Assembly: GCF_009914755.1 (NCBI RefSeq)
Contig: NC_060927.1
DNA length: 64,000 bases
Reading direction: 5' to 3' (one strand)
DNA from: the human T2T-CHM13v2.0 reference genome, Homo sapiens
Below, in pieces: positions 59,322 to 64,000 of this stretch. Position numbers and translations under genes: made by a program. Positions within the stretch are counted from its first letter, which is position 1. Each line of letters begins with the position of its first letter. Below the pieces are notes generated by a model. That model did no database searches. It saw only the letters and a list, made by a program, of their open reading frames with translations, and was not told where the DNA came from.

Positions 59322-60201
59322 TAATAGAAAAGGTGATTGGGGGAAATATCAATTAGACCAAATTAATGCAAGAAAATAATCTAAAGGGTTACAGACAAAT
59401 TAAATCATGTGTCTCATTGGCTCTTCTCTCTTAAAATATAATCTCCATTGTAGGGACCTGCTAATCAAGAGGCTTGTTGTAGTTGAGGGACACTGAATGA
59501 TGGGGTTGTCATTTGTCCCTAGGGTGAGAAAGCTGGCTTTCAAGGCTTTGGCATGCCCTGTGTCACCAAAGAACACATCTTATACAGCTTAAAGCAATTT
59601 ACATGTGTTAAAGTTTGTTTTCCTCTCATTCAGAGCCACATTTCATGCACAAAGCAGTTTCTAGAGCAGATCTGATGATGGTGAAAGGAAATAAAATCTG
59701 TAAGAGGGTTATGTGTGATTTGGAGCTTGCTTTGTTTTTTCAACAATTATTTTGATCACTTGACAAGTAAAAAAACCAAGGAACATATAAAAACTGTGTG
59801 CCCAGAAATATTCTCTAACTAAGGCCTACAAAGCAAAGTGATATCTTAAGATTATGATTTCATTCTACTATATACTTACTTCATTTACTTTAATTGTATC
59901 AAGTGAGAATTTAAGTCACAATAGAGAAATACACACTTGTAAACCTTAAACTGTTAGCTATAAGGCAGATGTGGTACCGCAGGGGCCACAGGAAAGTGGG
60001 TGGCTCTACAACAGTGCAAGGAGAACACACAATCGACCTCCTGTGGTCACCTGACACAGTCATGGCGAGGACGGCAGGGTGCAGGACACTCCAGGTGGCC
60101 TAAATATATGTCAGAGTTAGAATAAAAAGCAAGGCTCAACTATGTTAACTGCAAGAAATCCATCTTAAATAGAGGGATTCAGGTTAAAAGTTAAGAGATG
60201 C

Positions 60202-60466
<265 letters not shown>

Positions 60467-60479
60467 GTTAAGAGATGCA

Positions 60480-60795
60480 CACAGATCTTGGTTTCTAATA
60501 CCATTGTCCAAAACAAAGGAACCAGAGCTCCTTGGAAAAATGGCTGAGTCTAGGACCGCAGCAGGAAATATAGAAGATGAGTCTTATCAGATAAAAACTA
60601 AGGAAATCTGAATAAAGCATGAACTTTAGTTAATAATATTAATAGTTGTTCACTAATTATAACAAGTGTACCATACCAGTGTTAGATGTTAAAAGTAGGG
60701 GAAACTAGCTATGGTGTATATGGGAACTATCAGTTCTAGCTTAACTTTTTTGTAATCTAAAACTATCTTAAAATTAAAAACTTTATTTTAAAAAG
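60480..60795 (+). mobile_element. L1MC/MD-like 3'-end fragment
   Basis: ataacaagtgtaccataccagtgttagatgtt...tgtaatctaaaactatcttaaaattaaaa. Confidence 0.7.
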
Positions 60796-61014
60796 ACTTT
60801 TACTTTATCATATATATTTATCCCAAAATCACAGGTAAAACAATGAATAATTAAACTAGGATTCCAAACAAACCATCTAAAAACAACTCAGCAAAATCTG
60901 CTAAACCAGTTCTCAGGTTAAGGGTGAATATCCTGAAAATGACCTACATCTCCCAAATCTATGACCATGTTTCCTTACATTAGAAATATCATTGCCTACA
61001 ACACAGGCAATGCA

Positions 61015-61308
61015 TTTTTTTTTTGTATTTTTTGTTTTTGAGACGGGGTCTCACTCTGTCACCCAGGCTGTGTAGTGGCACTATCTCAGCTCACTACAAC
61101 CTCTGCTTGCCGAGCTCAAGTGATCTTCCCACCTCAGCCTCCAGAGTAGCTGGGACTACAGGTGTGCACCACCATACCCAGCTAATATTTGTATTTTTTG
61201 TAGAGACGGGGTTTTGCCATGTTGCCCAGGCTGGTCTTGAACTCCTGAGCTCAAGCAATCTTCCCACAGCCTCCCAAAGAGCTGGGATTACAGAACACCA
61301 AACCCAGC
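61015..61308 (-). mobile_element. AluJ
   Basis: Dimer with small deletions. Confidence 0.92.
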
Positions 61309-62149
61309 CTTTGTTCTGTCAGGAGCTGTCCAAACACTGATGAGAGTAAAGACAAGAAGCCTGGCGGAGAGAGAAACGTATAGATATCACTGTGTGTAGA
61401 ATTCTTAGAGTGGGTGATCACTTTGTGACCTCCACTGTCATCAGCTTCGGGGCCCAGGGTTCATGTCCCACATTTTATTGTGCCTTAGGGCCTAACAGAG
61501 CATGTGGATTCAGGAAGGAATGCTTCCCATCTTCTACTTCTCAGATTGCATTTAAATTTACTCCTTGTTGAACTTATCAGCAATAACTCAAGCTTCTCAG
61601 GTTTTGCTTTAATGTAACCTTTGATATCTTTGTCAGAGCAAGGGAAGTGGGAAAAATGTACAGAGGCAGTGGATATAGAAGAAAGGGGATGAAAGAAGTA
61701 AAGCCAACTGGCAAGTCTTTGCTCTGAGAGAGAGCAACTTCATACAATTGAACAGAGAGTTTGTAACAAAAAAGAGTTACAACTTTTTATAACTGCATAT
61801 TTTTTTCAAAGATAACATTTTCTGTTCTCCGCTGATATATTTTCTTGAAGAAAATACTGGTTTATGGTTTATTACTTGTTATGTTCTTAAGATATGCTTG
61901 AGGCACACTACTGTCAGAAAAGTAAGGAGAAATTTGAACTACTTCTTTGAGAAAGTCAGGTTTTCACTAGGGAGACCCTCTCAGTTACAAAGTGACAATA
62001 ACAATCAATTTTAACAACTCAGAACTTGCCATACCGAAAACACTCGAGGGAAGATGAATATTCATAGGTAGATAAAAATAATTTTTAAGGTTTAACAACA
62101 GCAAAAGCGATTTATCCTAGCTATTCTGAATTTATTATTAAAAAATGTA

Positions 62150-62850
62150 TATACCTATATCTTTTTGAACTATAGTTTGAAGGTAATACAGTCACATGGT
62201 TAGGAAAAAAGGTATAAAGTGATACCCCTACCCCTGCCCTCATCTTCCCAATGCCCCACTGTGCCTCCTGCCCACATGTACAATCAGAATATATTAATAT
62301 TTTCTCCATGTTTATATAAAAGGAGCATACAGAAATACTGTTCAGCATTTTCCTTTTTTGTATTTCCTAATATTAGAGATCTTTCCATATTAGTACCTAG
62401 ACAGCACCCATACTTTATCGACCAGTGATGGACATTTACACTATTTCCAATATTTTTGTTATTAGTAAGGGTGCTGCAATAAATTTCCTCCAACATTTGT
62501 CATTTTGTGCACAGGCAAGTATATTTGTGGAATACATTCCCAAAGACAGAACTGCTCGGTCAAAGGATATACACAGTTGTAATATAAGTAGATTCTGTCA
62601 AATTGTTCCGTACATGGTATTAAGCACGCATGTACAATCAACAGCTGAATATGAGACTCCCTGGTCCTCCACAGCCTTGTCGACCCAAGGTGATATCCCT
62701 CTGGTGGATTTCTGCCAATCTGATAAGGTGACAATAGGTGTTTCAGTTTAGTTTCCACTTGCCTATCTTACTCTGAATGATGTTGAGCACCTATTCACAC
62801 ACTTAACCGCCATTTGCATTTTGCTTTTTTTGTAAACTTTCTGTTCATAA
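62150..62850 (-). mobile_element. L1ME-like fragment
   Basis: Antisense L1 3' motifs (gatggacatttacactatttcc; gatgttgagcacct). Confidence 0.65.
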
Positions 62851-63004
62851 TGAAAAGCATTTGAGAAGGTTGAGGGATTGGAGAAAAGGGAAGAAAGAAG
62901 AAGAAAGACACTGATTCCAGTTCTGTACAAGTACAAATAACTCATTTTTTGGCTTAAATTGGATCTATATATTAGAACATGTTAAATTCTAATGAAGTTC
63001 TACT

Positions 63005-64000
63005 ATTTTTTATTGAGATTTTATTTTTAAAGCAGTTTTAGTTTTGTAGAAAAACTACACAGAAAGTAGAGAGTTGCTGTATACCTGTCATTCTCCCAGT
63101 TTCCCCTATTATTAAGGTCTAACATTTGTATTGTTCATCTGCTACAATTGATGTACCAATACTGATACTTTATTATCAACCAAGGCCCATAGTTTACATT
63201 AGGGTTCACTATACAGGTTTTCACAAATGCATTGTTATGGCTTGAATTTCTGTGTCCCCACAAATTCACATTTTGAAGTGCTAACCTCCAACACGATGGT
63301 TTTAGGAAGTAGGGTGCTAGGGAGGTAATTAGGTTTAGACAAGGTCATAAGGATGGAGCGACAATGATGGGATAGTGCCCAGATAAGAAATGGAAGACAG
63401 ACCTAGAGCTTCCTCTGTCTACCACATGAGGATTCAAGAAGGCCTAAGAATCAAATCTGCCAGCATCTTAATCTTGGACTTCTCAACTTCCGGAAGCATG
63501 AAAAATAAATGCCATTTAGGCCACTTGGTCTGGTATTCTGTTATAGCAGCCTGAGCTGAGACATACATCATGTCATGTATCCACCATTACAGTATCATAC
63601 ATGATAGTTTTACTGCCCTAAAAACCCCTGTGGTTCACTTATTCATTCCACACTTCCTCCCTTGCATCTCTTCCCTCCCCCTCAACTCCCAGCTGCCACT
63701 GATCTTTTTACTGTCTCTATAGTTTTGTCTTTTCTAAAGTGTTATATATTTGGAATCATACAGTATATAGCCTTTTCAGACTGACTTCTTCCACTTAGGA
63801 ACAGGCATTTAAGGTCCCTCCATGTCTTTTCATGGCTTGATAGCTCATTTCTTCTTAACAGTGATTATTATTCCCTCATATAGATGTACAACATAATTTT
63901 ATCCAATCATCTACCGAAGGACATCTTGGTTGCTCCGAAGTTTGGACAATCATGAATAAAGCTGCTATAAACATCCATCTGCAGGTTTGTGTATGGACAT
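63005..64000 (-). mobile_element. L1MC/MD 3' end interrupted by a MaLR LTR
   Basis: catagtttacattagggttcact; ccactgatctttttactgtctctatagttttg; gaaggacatcttggttgct. Confidence 0.82.
63233..63563 (+). mobile_element. MLT1A0/MST-like solo LTR (ERVL-MaLR)
   Basis: TGTTATGG...TGAGACA; ggtattctgttatagcagcctgagc; TSD t(g/a)cat. Confidence 0.85.

Overview
Primate (most likely human) genomic DNA inside the ANO10 (TMEM16K, ER lipid scramblase, SCAR10 ataxia gene) locus, transcribed on the minus strand. The only coding sequence I can identify is one 117-nt, phase 0-0 exon at 47929-48045. It encodes [39 protein letters not shown], which I recognise as the penultimate ANO10 exon; it is too short for the supplied ORF track. 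Positions 1-47928 belong to the final intron and 48046-64000 to the preceding intron. The rest is repeat-rich: about 32 Alu elements, old L1 and L2 copies, MIRs, nine solo LTRs (MaLR and ERV1) and Tigger/hAT DNA-transposon fossils. I see no tRNA, rRNA, CRISPR array, CpG island or recognisable miRNA/snoRNA. The best leads are: (i) an in-frame candidate alternative terminal exon with its own poly(A) signal, plus several short stop-containing cassette-like exons that could swap the ANO10 C-terminal tail without triggering NMD; (ii) Alu geometry around the coding exon that could favour deletion or circularisation; (iii) templated-insertion repair scars. All candidate exons other than 47929-48045 are predictions from splice motifs only, and pseudo-exons are common in long introns. 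Repeat subfamily names are from recognition of consensus motifs, not a RepeatMasker run, and old-repeat boundaries are approximate.
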